From Methanocaldococcus jannaschii DSM 2661 (GTDB lineage Archaea; AGJL01; Methanococci; Methanococcales; Methanocaldococcaceae): a DNA stretch of 32,000 nucleotides. Below are positions 8,165-17,571 of this stretch, piece after piece. Each line of letters opens with the position of its first letter. The stretch's first letter is position 1. The notes beneath the pieces were generated by a model. It was not told where the DNA came from, made no database searches, and was given only the letters and a program-made list of their open reading frames with translations. The stretch covers positions 850,712-882,711 of the forward strand of contig NC_000909.1 in NCBI RefSeq assembly GCF_000091665.1. The letters run 5' to 3'. Made by a program: the position numbers and the translations under genes.

Positions 8165-9517
8165 ATGGCTGTGCATCCAATTGATTATAGATATGGAACA
8201 CCAGAGATGAGAAAAGTTTGGGAAGAAGAAAATAAATTGGAAAAAATGTTAAAGGTAGAGGCTGCATTAGCTAAAGCTCAGGCAGAACTCGGCTTAATTC
8301 CAAAAGAAGCCGCTGAAGAGATAAACAAAAAAGCATCAACAAAATATGTAAAATTGGAGAGAGTTAAAGAAATTGAGAAACAAACAAAACATGATGTTGT
8401 TGCAATGATTAGAGCTTTAGCTGAAGTATGTGAAGGAAATGCTGGAGAATACATACACTTCGGAGCTACATCAAACGATATTGTTGATACTGCCAACTCC
8501 CTACTAATAAAAGAATCCATTGAAATTATAGAAGATAAGTTAAAGCAGTTAAGAGATATATTATTAGACAAAGCAGAAGAGCATAAATACACTGTCTGTG
8601 TAGGAAGAACACATGGACAGCATGCAATTCCAACAACCTATGGGATGAGATTTGCTCTATGGGCGGCTGAGATTGACAGACACTTAGAGAGATTAAAAGA
8701 AGCAAAAAAGAGAATATGCGTCTCTATGATTACTGGAGCTGTTGGAACAATGGCGGCTATGGGAGAGAAGGGTTTGGAAGTGCATAAAAGAGTTGCTGAA
8801 ATCTTAGGCTTAGAACCAGTTTTAATCTCAAACCAAGTTATTCAGAGAGACAGACATGCTGAATTCGTCTTTTTATTAGCTTTAATTGCTCAGACATTAA
8901 ACAAGATTGGAGTTACTGTTAGAAGTATGCAGAGAACTGAAATTGGAGAGCTAGAAGAAGAGTTCGACCCTACAAAGCAAACTGGTTCATCAACAATGCC
9001 TCACAAGAGAAATCCAATAACCTTTGAGCAAATCTGCGGTTTATCAAGGGTTATAAAATCACTATGTATAGCTGAAATGGACAATATCCCATTATGGGAA
9101 GAGAGGGATTTAACAAACTCATCAGCTGAGAGATGTATATTTGCAGAGGTTTGCGTTTTAACAGACCACATCTTAACATTAGCAATTAAAGGAGTTAAAA
9201 AGCTAAAAGTAAATAAAGAAAATGTTGAGAGAAACTTAGAATTAACAAAAGGACTGATAATGGCTGAGAGAATAATGATTGAATTGGCTAAGAGAGGTAT
9301 GGGCAGACAAACAGCTCATGAAATAGTAAGGCAGTGTGCAATGAAAGCCTATGAAGAGAAAAGGCATTTAAAAGATATTTTATTAGAAAATGAGGAAGTT
9401 ATGAAGTATATAACAAAAGAAGAGTTAGAGGAATTGATGAATCCTAAAACTTACATAGGTTTAGCTCCACAGATAGTTGATGAAGTTATTAAAACTCTAA
9501 AGAATAAAAAGTACTAA
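8165..9517 (+). CDS. purB: Adenylosuccinate lyase
   Basis: YRYGTPEMRKVW, TSNDIVDTANSL, SSTMPHKRNPITFEQICG signature. Start at 8165 after GGTGA. Confidence 0.95.
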   Translation: MAVHPIDYRYGTPEMRKVWEEENKLEKMLKVEAALAKAQAELGLIPKEAAEEINKKASTKYVKLERVKEIEKQTKHDVVAMIRALAEVCEGNAGEYIHFGATSNDIVDTANSLLIKESIEIIEDKLKQLRDILLDKAEEHKYTVCVGRTHGQHAIPTTYGMRFALWAAEIDRHLERLKEAKKRICVSMITGAVGTMAAMGEKGLEVHKRVAEILGLEPVLISNQVIQRDRHAEFVFLLALIAQTLNKIGVTVRSMQRTEIGELEEEFDPTKQTGSSTMPHKRNPITFEQICGLSRVIKSLCIAEMDNIPLWEERDLTNSSAERCIFAEVCVLTDHILTLAIKGVKKLKVNKENVERNLELTKGLIMAERIMIELAKRGMGRQTAHEIVRQCAMKAYEEKRHLKDILLENEEVMKYITKEELEELMNPKTYIGLAPQIVDEVIKTLKNKKY

Positions 9518-9580
9518 AAATAATGGCTTATCCTATTTTTTCTATTTTTAACTTCTATATTTTCAGTTTTGGTGATTTTT

Positions 9581-10222
9581 ATGGATTTTATGGGAGCAAT
9601 ATCAAAAGATGGATTAAATATAGCAAATAAATCAAGGGAAATCGTTAGAAATAAAATAAAAGAGGTTTTAGGAGACAGAATAAATGAATTCAACGAAAAA
9701 GAAATGGGAATTATTGAAAGAGTAGTTCATGCTACAGCAGACCCTGAGTATGCCAAACTTTTAGTGTTTAAAAATAACCCAATAGAGGAAGGAATTAAAG
9801 CTATAAAGGAAGAAAAACCAATAATAGTTGATGTAAATATGATTAAAGCTGGGATTAGATATAATAAAGTACATTGTTTTATAAATCATCCAGATGTCTA
9901 TGAAGTTGCTAAAAAAGAGGGGATAACAAGAGCAGTAGCTTCAATGAGATTGGCTAAGGATTTGATAGATGATGGAATTGTAGTTATCGGAAACTCCCCA
10001 ACTGCATTGTTTGAGGTTATAAGATTAGTTAAAGAAGAAAATATAAAACCAAAATTAATTGTTGGAGTTCCAGTGGGGTTTGTTCAGGCATCAGAATCAA
10101 AAGAAGCACTTAGAGAGGTAAATGTTCCAAGTATATCAACCATAGGCCCAAAAGGAGGAACTCCAGTAGCTGTTGCCATAATTAACGGCATTATTGCCTA
10201 TGCAAAAAATGAAAAAGCTTAA
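9581..10222 (+). CDS. cbiC: Cobalt-precorrin-8 methylmutase (CbiC/CobH)
   Basis: VVHATADPEYAKLLVF, VDVNMIKAGI, GNSPTALFEV, GVPVGFVQASESKEAL, GPKGGTPVAVA. Confidence 0.9.
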   Translation: MDFMGAISKDGLNIANKSREIVRNKIKEVLGDRINEFNEKEMGIIERVVHATADPEYAKLLVFKNNPIEEGIKAIKEEKPIIVDVNMIKAGIRYNKVHCFINHPDVYEVAKKEGITRAVASMRLAKDLIDDGIVVIGNSPTALFEVIRLVKEENIKPKLIVGVPVGFVQASESKEALREVNVPSISTIGPKGGTPVAVAIINGIIAYAKNEKA

Positions 10223-10232
10223 GGTGAGTAAA

Positions 10233-11354
10233 ATGGAAATATTAGTTAGATATGGAGAAATTGGATTAAAATCAGACCCAATTAGAAAAAACTTAGAGGA
10301 AATCTTAAGAAAAAACATTATAAAATTGCTTAGAAAATATGAGATTGATGCAGAGGTTAAAATTTTACATAGGAAATTGTTAGTCAAGATAAACACAAAA
10401 GATAAAGAAGATTTAGCTCTAAAGTTATTAAAAAAAGTTGCTGGTATTGTTTCCTACAGTCCAGTTTATGAGTGTCCATTGGATATCAACGAAATTGTAA
10501 GTTTTGCAGTTCAAATTATGAAGAAGAAATTAAAAACTCTAAATAAAGAAAAAGTAACTTTTGCAGTTAAAACAAAAAGGAGCTATAAAAAATTCCCATT
10601 CACATCAGTTGAAGTAAATAAAAAAGTTGGGGAAGCTATAGTTGAAAAGCTCGGATTAGAAGTTGATTTAGAAAATCCAGATATTGTTTTGGGAATAGAG
10701 ATTTTAAATGATGGAGCATATATTTTCACAGAAAAATATGAAGGAATTGGAGGATTACCAGCAGGAAGCCAGGGGAAAGTTCTCTGCTTAATATCTGATG
10801 GAATAGATAGCCCTGTAGCTGCATTTATGATGATTAGAAGAGGTTGTAGAGCTGTTTTGTTACATTTAAAGATGAGTGAAGAAGCATTAAATAAAGTTAG
10901 AAAGATTGTTGAGGTTTTAAGTGACTATGATACCGAATTGGAGTTTGTTGTCTATGATTACAAAAAAGATATTGAGGATATTGTAGAAAAACTTAAAAGT
11001 ATTAAAAAAGAGAATTATACATGCATATTCTGTAAAAGAAAAATGCTAAAAGTCGCTGAAAAATATGCAAAATATTTAGATTGTGATGCTATTGTTACAG
11101 GAGATAACTTGGGGCAGGTAGCTTCCCAAACATTAAAGAACTTGAGAGTCATAAGTGAAAATATAAATTATCCAATTTTAAGGCCTTTAATTGGTTTAGA
11201 TAAGAATGATATTGTGAAAATAGCTAAAGAGATTGGAACTTATGAAATATCTACTGAAAAAGAAATAAAATGTCCGTATCTTCCAAAACATCCAAAAACC
11301 ATTGCTAAACCAGAAGAAGTCAAAAAAATAAAGGAAAAAGTCAAACTTGTATAA
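10233..11354 (+). CDS. thiI: ThiI-like tRNA 4-thiouridine / thiamine biosynthesis protein (THUMP + PP-loop)
   Basis: LVRYGEIGLKS, SDGIDSPVAAFMM, CIFCKRKML, TGDNLGQVASQTLKNL. Start at 10233 after GGTGAG. No rhodanese domain at the C-terminus. Confidence 0.92.
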   Translation: MEILVRYGEIGLKSDPIRKNLEEILRKNIIKLLRKYEIDAEVKILHRKLLVKINTKDKEDLALKLLKKVAGIVSYSPVYECPLDINEIVSFAVQIMKKKLKTLNKEKVTFAVKTKRSYKKFPFTSVEVNKKVGEAIVEKLGLEVDLENPDIVLGIEILNDGAYIFTEKYEGIGGLPAGSQGKVLCLISDGIDSPVAAFMMIRRGCRAVLLHLKMSEEALNKVRKIVEVLSDYDTELEFVVYDYKKDIEDIVEKLKSIKKENYTCIFCKRKMLKVAEKYAKYLDCDAIVTGDNLGQVASQTLKNLRVISENINYPILRPLIGLDKNDIVKIAKEIGTYEISTEKEIKCPYLPKHPKTIAKPEEVKKIKEKVKLV

Positions 11355-11433
11355 AGACATTTTATAAAAATTCCTATTTCCCAATATAAGGTTTTATTTT
11401 ATAAGATAAACTATCATAAACACTAAATCTAAA

Positions 11434-11451
11434 CCGAAAATTTTAAATACC
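11434..11451 (+). promoter_or_regulatory. BRE/TATA promoter element upstream of histone gene
   Basis: CCGAAAATTTTAAATACC about 45 nt upstream of the histone start codon; shares CCGAAAA with the tRNA promoters at 12720 and 13042. Confidence 0.6.
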
Positions 11452-11495
11452 CTATTTTAATAAAAGAATCCTTGTAAAACTTCTGAGGTGGTATT

Positions 11496-11699
11496 ATGGC
11501 TGAGCTTCCAGTTGCACCATTTGAAAGAATCTTGAAAAAAGCAGGTGCTGAGAGAGTTAGCAGAGCAGCTGCAGAATACTTGGCTGAAGCAGTTGAAGAG
11601 ATTGCATTAGAGATTGCAAAAGAAGCAGTTGAATTAGCTAAGCACGCAAAAAGAAAAACAGTAAAAGTCGAAGACATAAAATTAGCATTAAAACAATAA
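11496..11699 (+). CDS. Archaeal histone (HMf family)
   Basis: [67 protein letters not shown], 67 aa histone fold. Confidence 0.98.
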   Translation: MAELPVAPFERILKKAGAERVSRAAAEYLAEAVEEIALEIAKEAVELAKHAKRKTVKVEDIKLALKQ

Positions 11700-11878
11700 A
11701 TTAATGAATTTTTTAAATTTTTATTTTTTTGTTTATTTTTATTCTTGCATGAAAATTTAATGTTGGTTTTTCGTATAGCTTTTTGTTATTATTAATTTTG
11801 GGGAAAGTTATCAGTATAGGCTCTCAAAGTTATTAAAATTAATTTAAAAAATAAAAATACCATATAATAGCTTATTAA

Positions 11879-11950
11879 GCCCTGGTGGTGTAGAGGATAT
11901 CACGGGGGACTTCGGATCCCCAAACCCGGGTTCAAATCCCGGCCAGGGCC
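11879..11950 (+). tRNA. tRNA with anticodon TCG (Arg by anticodon)
   Basis: GCCCTGG-TG-D arm-G-GGGGA(CTTCGGA)TCCCC-AAAC-CCGGG(TTCAAAT)CCCGG-CCAGGGC, then C; no encoded CCA. Confidence 0.75.
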
Positions 11951-11979
11951 TCATTTAATTTATATTGGAAGTTGATACA

Positions 11980-12681
11980 ATGGAAACCTTGATAAGATTA
12001 TTCGTATCTATCTTAATTATATGTGTATTGGCATTGATGATTAAAAAGAGTAGATGCTTAGATAATGAGGGAGTCATTGGATCATCTATTATGGGTTTTA
12101 TATTACTTTATTTCTGTGGATTTAAATATTTGATATTACTTCTATCTTTTTTTATTTTAGGGGTTTTGGTGAGTAGAGTCGGTTTAGAAAAAAAGAAAGC
12201 TAAAAAAATGGATGAAACTTGTAGAAGTTTAAAAAATGTATTAGCAAATGGTTTAATTCCAATATTATTTGCAATTTTAGCTATATTTGGATTCAACTGG
12301 GCTTTAATTGGATACATATCATCAATAGCTGCTGCTACATCAGATACTTTTTCTTCAGAACTTGGAATATTATCTAACGAAAAGCCGAGATTAATAACTA
12401 CCTTCGAAGTTGTTGAAAAAGGAACTGATGGAGCAATTACAATATTTGGTACATTAGCTGGAGTCTTAGGAGCGTTTTTAATAGGGTTGTTTGGATATTT
12501 ACTATTTGGTGATATTAAAATTGTTTTATGTGGCACAGCTGGTGGAATAGCTGGGAACTTAGCTGATAGCTTAGTTGGGGCATTATTTGAAAGAAAAGGA
12601 ATTTTAAATAATGAACACGTTAATTTAATAGCTACTATTGTTGGTGGAATAATTGGAGTTTTGATTTATTGTACTCTGTAG
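11980..12681 (+). CDS. DUF92-family integral membrane protein
   Basis: SRVGLEKKKAKK, AAATSDTFSSELGIL, TKPRLITTFEVVEKGTDGAITIFGTLAG, GGIAGNLADSLVGALFE. ATG at 11980 preferred over the TTG at 11965. Confidence 0.75.
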   Translation: METLIRLFVSILIICVLALMIKKSRCLDNEGVIGSSIMGFILLYFCGFKYLILLLSFFILGVLVSRVGLEKKKAKKMDETCRSLKNVLANGLIPILFAILAIFGFNWALIGYISSIAAATSDTFSSELGILSNEKPRLITTFEVVEKGTDGAITIFGTLAGVLGAFLIGLFGYLLFGDIKIVLCGTAGGIAGNLADSLVGALFERKGILNNEHVNLIATIVGGIIGVLIYCTL

Positions 12682-12719
12682 GGGTTAAAATACATCAAAA
12701 TAACTAAATGATTTAATCA

Positions 12720-12740
12720 CCGAAAAGTTTATATATAACA
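12720..12740 (+). promoter_or_regulatory. BRE/TATA promoter of the tRNA cluster
   Basis: CCGAAAAGTTTATATATAACA about 28-48 nt upstream of tRNA-Thr. Confidence 0.75.
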
Positions 12741-12767
12741 TCTGTAATTTACTAATACTGCAAACGA

Positions 12768-12844
12768 GCCTCGGTGGCTCAGCCTGGTAGAGCGCCTGAC
12801 TTGTAATCAGGTGGTCGGGGGTTCAAATCCCCCCCGGGGCTCCA
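12768..12844 (+). tRNA. tRNA-Thr (anticodon TGT)
   Basis: Full cloverleaf; anticodon arm CCTGA(CTTGTAA)TCAGG, T73, encoded CCA. Confidence 0.95.
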
Positions 12845-12858
12845 TTCTCTTCTTCAGT

Positions 12859-12936
12859 GGGCCTGTGGGGTAGCCTGGTCTATCCTTTGGGATTTGGGAT
12901 CCTGAGACCCCAGTTCAAATCTGGGCAGGCCCACCA
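12859..12936 (+). tRNA. tRNA-Pro (anticodon TGG)
   Basis: GGGCCTG/CAGGCCC acceptor, anticodon loop TTTGGGA, CAG/CTG T-stem core, encoded CCA. Confidence 0.93.
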
Positions 12937-12944
12937 CTTCGTGT

Positions 12945-13021
12945 CCGGCGGTAGTTCAGCCTGGTAGAACGGCGGACTGTAGATCCGCATGTCGCTGGTT
13001 CAAATCCGGCCCGCCGGACCA
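12945..13021 (+). tRNA. tRNA-Tyr (anticodon GTA)
   Basis: CCGGCGG...GCGGA(CTGTAGA)TCCGC...CCGCCGGACCA; the C1-G72 archaeal tRNA-Tyr. Confidence 0.98.
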
Positions 13022-13039
13022 TCTCCCATTTATGGGGAG
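13022..13039 (+). repeat. Hairpin immediately after tRNA-Tyr
   Basis: TCTCCC-ATTTATG-GGGAGA perfect 6 bp stem between tRNA-Tyr and the internal promoter. Confidence 0.5.
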
Positions 13040-13041
13040 AA

Positions 13042-13060
13042 CCGAAAAGTATATATATGA
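13042..13060 (+). promoter_or_regulatory. Internal BRE/TATA promoter upstream of tRNA-Lys
   Basis: CCGAAAAGTATATATATGA, nearly identical to the element at 12720. Confidence 0.65.
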
Positions 13061-13101
13061 GAAATGCGATATGTTTGAAACGCGCACGAGCTAAGGGCTG
13101 A

Positions 13102-13178
<77 letters not shown>

Positions 13179-13189
13179 CTATTTCCTTT

Positions 13190-13307
13190 GGTACGGCGGT
13201 CATAGCGGGGGGGCCACACCCGAACCCATCCCGAACTCGGAAGTTAAGCCCCCCAGCGATGCCCCGAGTACTGCCATCTGGCGGGAAAGGGGCGACGCCG
13301 CCGGCCA
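13190..13307 (+). rRNA. rrf: 5S ribosomal RNA
   Basis: GGTACGGCGGTCATAGCGGGGGGGCCACACCCGAACCCATCCCGAACTCGGAAGTTAAGCCCCCCAGCGATGCCCCGAGTACTG...GACGCCGCCGGCC, followed by TTTTTATTATTT. Confidence 0.96.
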
Positions 13308-13352
13308 CTTTTTATTATTTTAAATTCTCAAGGTAATCCTTGGCATTACTAT

Positions 13353-13430
13353 GCCCTGGTGGTGTAGCCCGGCCTATCATACGGGACTGTCACTCCCGTG
13401 ACTCGGGTTCAAATCCCGGCCAGGGCGCCA
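13353..13430 (+). tRNA. tRNA-Asp (anticodon GTC)
   Basis: GCCCTGG/CCAGGGC acceptor, CGGGA(CTGTCAC)TCCCG, G73, encoded CCA. Confidence 0.95.
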
Positions 13431-13510
13431 TTTGCCGGGCTTCTTTTTATTTTAGAACAATTAATCGATAAATTTAAATATTTTTAAAATATCTTAAGTA
13501 AGTGAGGTTT

Positions 13511-14131
13511 ATGGAAGAAGAATTTTACAAAATTTTTAAAGGGGCAGGATTGATAAAAACCTTAATAAGAAGCATTTTTTTAACAAATAGGAATAAGTTT
13601 TCAAAACCTTCAAAAACTAAGCCTATACAATTAACTGAGTGCATTGGTTGTGGTTTATGTGTAGATGTATGCCCTACAAATGCAATAAAAATATTTAGCT
13701 TTAGAGAAACCATATGCTCTGTTTGTGGAACTTGTGTTGATGTATGCCCAAACAACGCAATAATAAAAGATAGATTTACCATAGATGCTGATAAATGCAC
13801 AAAATGTGGAGTTTGTGTTTTATTTTGTCCAATACCTATAATAAAAAAAGAAATTCCTAAGCCAAAAACACCCGTTATTTTAAAAGATAGATGTAACAGT
13901 TGTGGGTTGTGTGAATGTGAAGCTATCGATATAATAAATAAAGAAATTAACCCGGAGAAATGCAAGCTCTGCCTAAGTTGTATTGAAAAATGTCCATTAC
14001 AAGCTATTTTGACACCCGATGAATACATAAACTCCTTAATTGTTAAAGTAGATATAGACAGCTGTATATTTTGTAGGGAATGTGAAGAAATCTGTCCCAT
14101 AAGGGGAAATTATGAGCATAGAGAAAGCTAA
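13511..14131 (+). CDS. Polyferredoxin with five canonical and one variant [4Fe-4S] motif
   Basis: CIGCGLCVDVCP, CSVCGTCVDVCP, CTKCGVCVLFCP, CNSCGLCEC (variant), CKLCLSCIEKCP, CIFCRECEEICP. ATG at 13511 preferred over GTG at 13502. Confidence 0.9.
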   Translation: MEEEFYKIFKGAGLIKTLIRSIFLTNRNKFSKPSKTKPIQLTECIGCGLCVDVCPTNAIKIFSFRETICSVCGTCVDVCPNNAIIKDRFTIDADKCTKCGVCVLFCPIPIIKKEIPKPKTPVILKDRCNSCGLCECEAIDIINKEINPEKCKLCLSCIEKCPLQAILTPDEYINSLIVKVDIDSCIFCRECEEICPIRGNYEHRES

Positions 14132-14738
14132 AGAAGATTTTAAATATTTGATAAATAGGGGCTATAAAAAGGATGTTGCTTTAAATTTTGTAGCAAATCA
14201 TTATAAGTTAAGTAAAGAGGATAGGCTTAAAATTATTAGAACTACTCACAGCGATAAAGAAATTAAATTAACTAAAAGAAAGCTTAAAAAATTAAAAGAT
14301 TTTAAAGGAAAAACCATATACATAGATGGTTTTAATGTTCTTATTAGTTTAGAAGCTTTAATTAAAGGAAATAAAATTGTTTTATGTGATGACAATATTT
14401 ACAGAGATTTTGAAAACGTTTATGGTAAATACAAGATAAATGAATACAGTGACAAAGCCATATCTCTTTTATTGGAGATTCTTAAGCATTACAATATTAA
14501 AGCTGTTATTTATTTAGATGCACAAGTATCAAAAAGTGGAATATTGGCTAAAAAGATTAGAGAAAAAATGAAAGCTTTTAGTATTGAAGGAGAGGTTTTT
14601 TGTGTTAAAAATTGTGACTACGAGCTTAAAAATAAAGAAGTTGTTGCAACATCAGACAGTGTAATAATTAAAAGTGAAAATGTAAAGTATGTGGTTGATT
14701 TAATAGCTGAAGCAATTGAATATTTAAAAAAGAAATAA
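14112..14738 (+). CDS. Conserved archaeal protein with DUF434-like N-terminus and NYN/PIN-like YIDGFNVLI segment
   Basis: VALNFVANHYKLSKEDRLKIIR and KTIYIDGFNVLISLEALI; overlaps the polyferredoxin gene by 20 nt. Confidence 0.6.
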   Translation: MSIEKAKEDFKYLINRGYKKDVALNFVANHYKLSKEDRLKIIRTTHSDKEIKLTKRKLKKLKDFKGKTIYIDGFNVLISLEALIKGNKIVLCDDNIYRDFENVYGKYKINEYSDKAISLLLEILKHYNIKAVIYLDAQVSKSGILAKKIREKMKAFSIEGEVFCVKNCDYELKNKEVVATSDSVIIKSENVKYVVDLIAEAIEYLKKK

Positions 14739-14832
14739 TATTTCTCTCATTAAAAAATTGTTATATAAGAGATAATGACATAGATAGTGTTATAAAATAT
14801 TCTCCATTATAAAATATCTTCGAGGCGATAGA

Positions 14833-15333
14833 ATGAAAATTGGGATAATGAGCGATACCCATGACCACTTACCCAATATTAGAAAAGCTATAGAGATTTT
14901 TAATGATGAAAATGTTGAGACTGTTATTCATTGTGGGGATTTTGTTAGTTTGTTTGTTATAAAAGAGTTTGAAAACTTAAACGCCAATATCATAGCCACT
15001 TATGGAAATAACGATGGGGAGAGATGCAAATTAAAGGAATGGTTGAAGGATATAAATGAAGAGAACATAATTGATGATTTTATATCAGTTGAAATTGATG
15101 ACCTAAAATTCTTTATAACACATGGGCATCATCAATCTGTTTTAGAGATGGCTATTAAATCTGGTTTGTATGATGTTGTTATTTATGGACATACACATGA
15201 GAGGGTTTTTGAGGAGGTTGATGATGTTTTAGTCATAAACCCAGGAGAATGTTGCGGTTACTTAACTGGCATTCCTACCATTGGGATATTAGACACTGAA
15301 AAGAAGGAGTATAGGGAGATAGTGTTAGAGTAA
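14833..15333 (+). CDS. YfcE/MJ0936-type metallophosphoesterase (phosphodiesterase)
   Basis: MSDTHDHLPNI, IHCGDFVS, TYGNNDGE, THGHH, IYGHTHERVF, NPGECCGY. Confidence 0.95.
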   Translation: MKIGIMSDTHDHLPNIRKAIEIFNDENVETVIHCGDFVSLFVIKEFENLNANIIATYGNNDGERCKLKEWLKDINEENIIDDFISVEIDDLKFFITHGHHQSVLEMAIKSGLYDVVIYGHTHERVFEEVDDVLVINPGECCGYLTGIPTIGILDTEKKEYREIVLE

Positions 15334-15396
15334 AAGATTTAAACCACTTTTTTACTTTTTTATTATTACATTAATCCAAAAGCAAAAGGTGAGATT

Positions 15397-16731
15397 ATGA
15401 AAATTTTATTGATTGGAGGAGGAGCAAGGGAGAGTGCAATAGCTCACGCTCTAAAAAAGAATGAAGAAGTAAAGCTCTACACATTAATGAAAAACAAAAA
15501 CCCAGGAATTGCAAGATTATCAGAAGAGATAAAGTTAGCTAAAGAGACTGATTTAGATGCGGTTAAAGAGTTTGCTGAAAAAGTTAAACCAGATTTGGCT
15601 GTTATAGGTCCAGAAGCTCCTTTAGGGGAAGGTGTTGTTGATTTGTTAGAGGAAATGGGAATTTCAGCAGTTGGTCCTAAAAAGTTAGCAGCACAAATAG
15701 AAACAAACAAAGAATTCATGAGAAATTTATTCAAAAAATACAATATAAAAGGTTCTTTAATGTATAAAGCTTTTGAAGAGTATGGGGAAGAGTTAGAAAG
15801 CTTTATTGATGAATTAACTGAGAAAGGTATTAAAGCAGTCGTTAAACCCGTTGGATTGACAGGAGGTAAAGGAGTTAAGGTAGTTGGAGAACAGCTAAAA
15901 GATAATGAAGAGGCAAAGAAATATGCTAAAGAGATTTTTGAAACTGGTTTAGGGGGAGGAAAGGTCTTAATTGAAGAAAAATTGGAAGGAGTTGAATTCA
16001 CCTTACACGGATTTGTTGATGGAGATACTATTAAATTTACACCATTTGTCCAAGACCACCCACATGCATTAGAGGGGGATGAAGGAAGTATAACAGGAGG
16101 TATGGGTTCTTACTCATGCCCAGACCATAAACTACCATTTATGACAGAAGAGGATGTTAAGTTAGCAAAAGAGATTATGGAAGAGACTGTTAAAGCATTA
16201 AAGGAGGAGGTTGGAGGTTACAAAGGAATTTTATATGGACAGTTTATGCTAACAAAAGAGGGGCCGAAAATTATTGAATACAATGCAAGATTTGGAGACC
16301 CTGAAGCAATGAACTTATTAGCTATATTAAAGAATGATTTCTTAGAGGTTTGTGAGGCAATAGTAAATAAAAAACTTAAAGATATTGACGTTGAGTTTGA
16401 AAACAAAGCTACTGTTTGTAAGTATGTTGTTCCAAAGGGATATCCTGATAACCCAGTTAGGGGAGAGCCAATAACTGTTGATGAAGAAGCAATTAAGAAA
16501 ACTGGAGCTATATTGCATTATGCTTCAGTTAATGAGGATAATGGGTCTTTATATATGACTGGTTCAAGGGCTGTTGCTGTGGTTGGAGTTGCTGATACAA
16601 TTGAAGAAGCTGAGAGAATTGCTGAGGAGGCAACTAAATATATTAAAGGAGAAGTATATCACAGAAGTGATATTGGTAAAAAAGAGTTAATTAAAAAGAG
16701 AATAGAGAAGATGAACGAATTAAGAAGATAA
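15397..16731 (+). CDS. purD: Phosphoribosylamine--glycine ligase
   Basis: [62 protein letters not shown]. Confidence 0.96.
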   Translation: MKILLIGGGARESAIAHALKKNEEVKLYTLMKNKNPGIARLSEEIKLAKETDLDAVKEFAEKVKPDLAVIGPEAPLGEGVVDLLEEMGISAVGPKKLAAQIETNKEFMRNLFKKYNIKGSLMYKAFEEYGEELESFIDELTEKGIKAVVKPVGLTGGKGVKVVGEQLKDNEEAKKYAKEIFETGLGGGKVLIEEKLEGVEFTLHGFVDGDTIKFTPFVQDHPHALEGDEGSITGGMGSYSCPDHKLPFMTEEDVKLAKEIMEETVKALKEEVGGYKGILYGQFMLTKEGPKIIEYNARFGDPEAMNLLAILKNDFLEVCEAIVNKKLKDIDVEFENKATVCKYVVPKGYPDNPVRGEPITVDEEAIKKTGAILHYASVNEDNGSLYMTGSRAVAVVGVADTIEEAERIAEEATKYIKGEVYHRSDIGKKELIKKRIEKMNELRR

Positions 16732-16757
16732 AATTTAATTAAATTTTAAAACCTTTT

Positions 16758-17510
16758 TTATGCTCTAATAATCTCTTTATACATTAGGTAGCATATCAAA
16801 ATCCCAGAAATTACTGCAGAGCTTAGAATCATCCACATAATGATAATTTGAATCTCTGCAGCATATATGGGATTTGCTCCACTCAACAACATCCCTACCA
16901 TAGCCCCTGGGATAAATATAACCCCAACTGACTTTGTTCTATTCATTTGAGGTATTACTGCTGACTTTACAGCATTTTTTATAAATGGTCTTAATGCTTC
17001 TATTTCAGTAGCTCCTAAAGCTAAATATCCCCACAAAATATCCCTCTCTGATTTAACCATGTCTATTATTTTATCTAATGCTAAATGGATGGTGTTCATT
17101 GTATTTCCAATGACCATTCCCATTAGTGGAATTACATATATCGGCTCAAATTTGACAACCTTTGGAATTGTTAATACTGCCAATGAAACTATTGTAGTTG
17201 TTAAAAACGTAATAAATAGACAAATAAAGAGTTTTGTTTTATTTTTTAAGTTAATTTCTCTCATTATAAGATAGGATGCTAAGGTAATCATCACACCAAT
17301 CATTAAAAATGCCCCAACCATTCCAAATGAAAATATATAGAGCAAAACAAATCCTAAAATAAACAGCTGGATTAAAGCTAAAATTGACACATAAAGGATT
17401 TTTTTCTCAATGCCCAACTTTTCCCTATATGCAATAAGAACTGCAATAATAACAAAAATAAAGGCATAAGTAAGCTCTATCAATAACATCACCATAACTT
17501 TTATAATCAA
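16758..17510 (-). CDS. FetB/UPF0014-like multipass membrane permease
   Basis: [60 protein letters not shown], multiple TM segments. Confidence 0.75.
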
Positions 17511-17571
17511 TTTTATTGAATTCTGTCAAATATAAAATAATATCATAAAAATTATATTTAAAGTGATGCCC

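Noticed and set aside
7401-9517. CRISPR-Cas locus or defence island
   Set aside because: No cas or known defence genes in the window; adjacent genes are housekeeping (HemK-like, purB).
12108-12536. 142 aa minus-strand ORF
   Set aside because: Antisense to the DUF92 gene with no recognisable motif.
13525-14100. 191 aa minus-strand ORF
   Set aside because: Shadow of the polyferredoxin gene; its HSL-rich repeats mirror the cysteine motifs on the other strand.
15477-16001. 174 aa minus-strand ORF
   Set aside because: Antisense to purD; low-complexity Ser/Pro-rich product.
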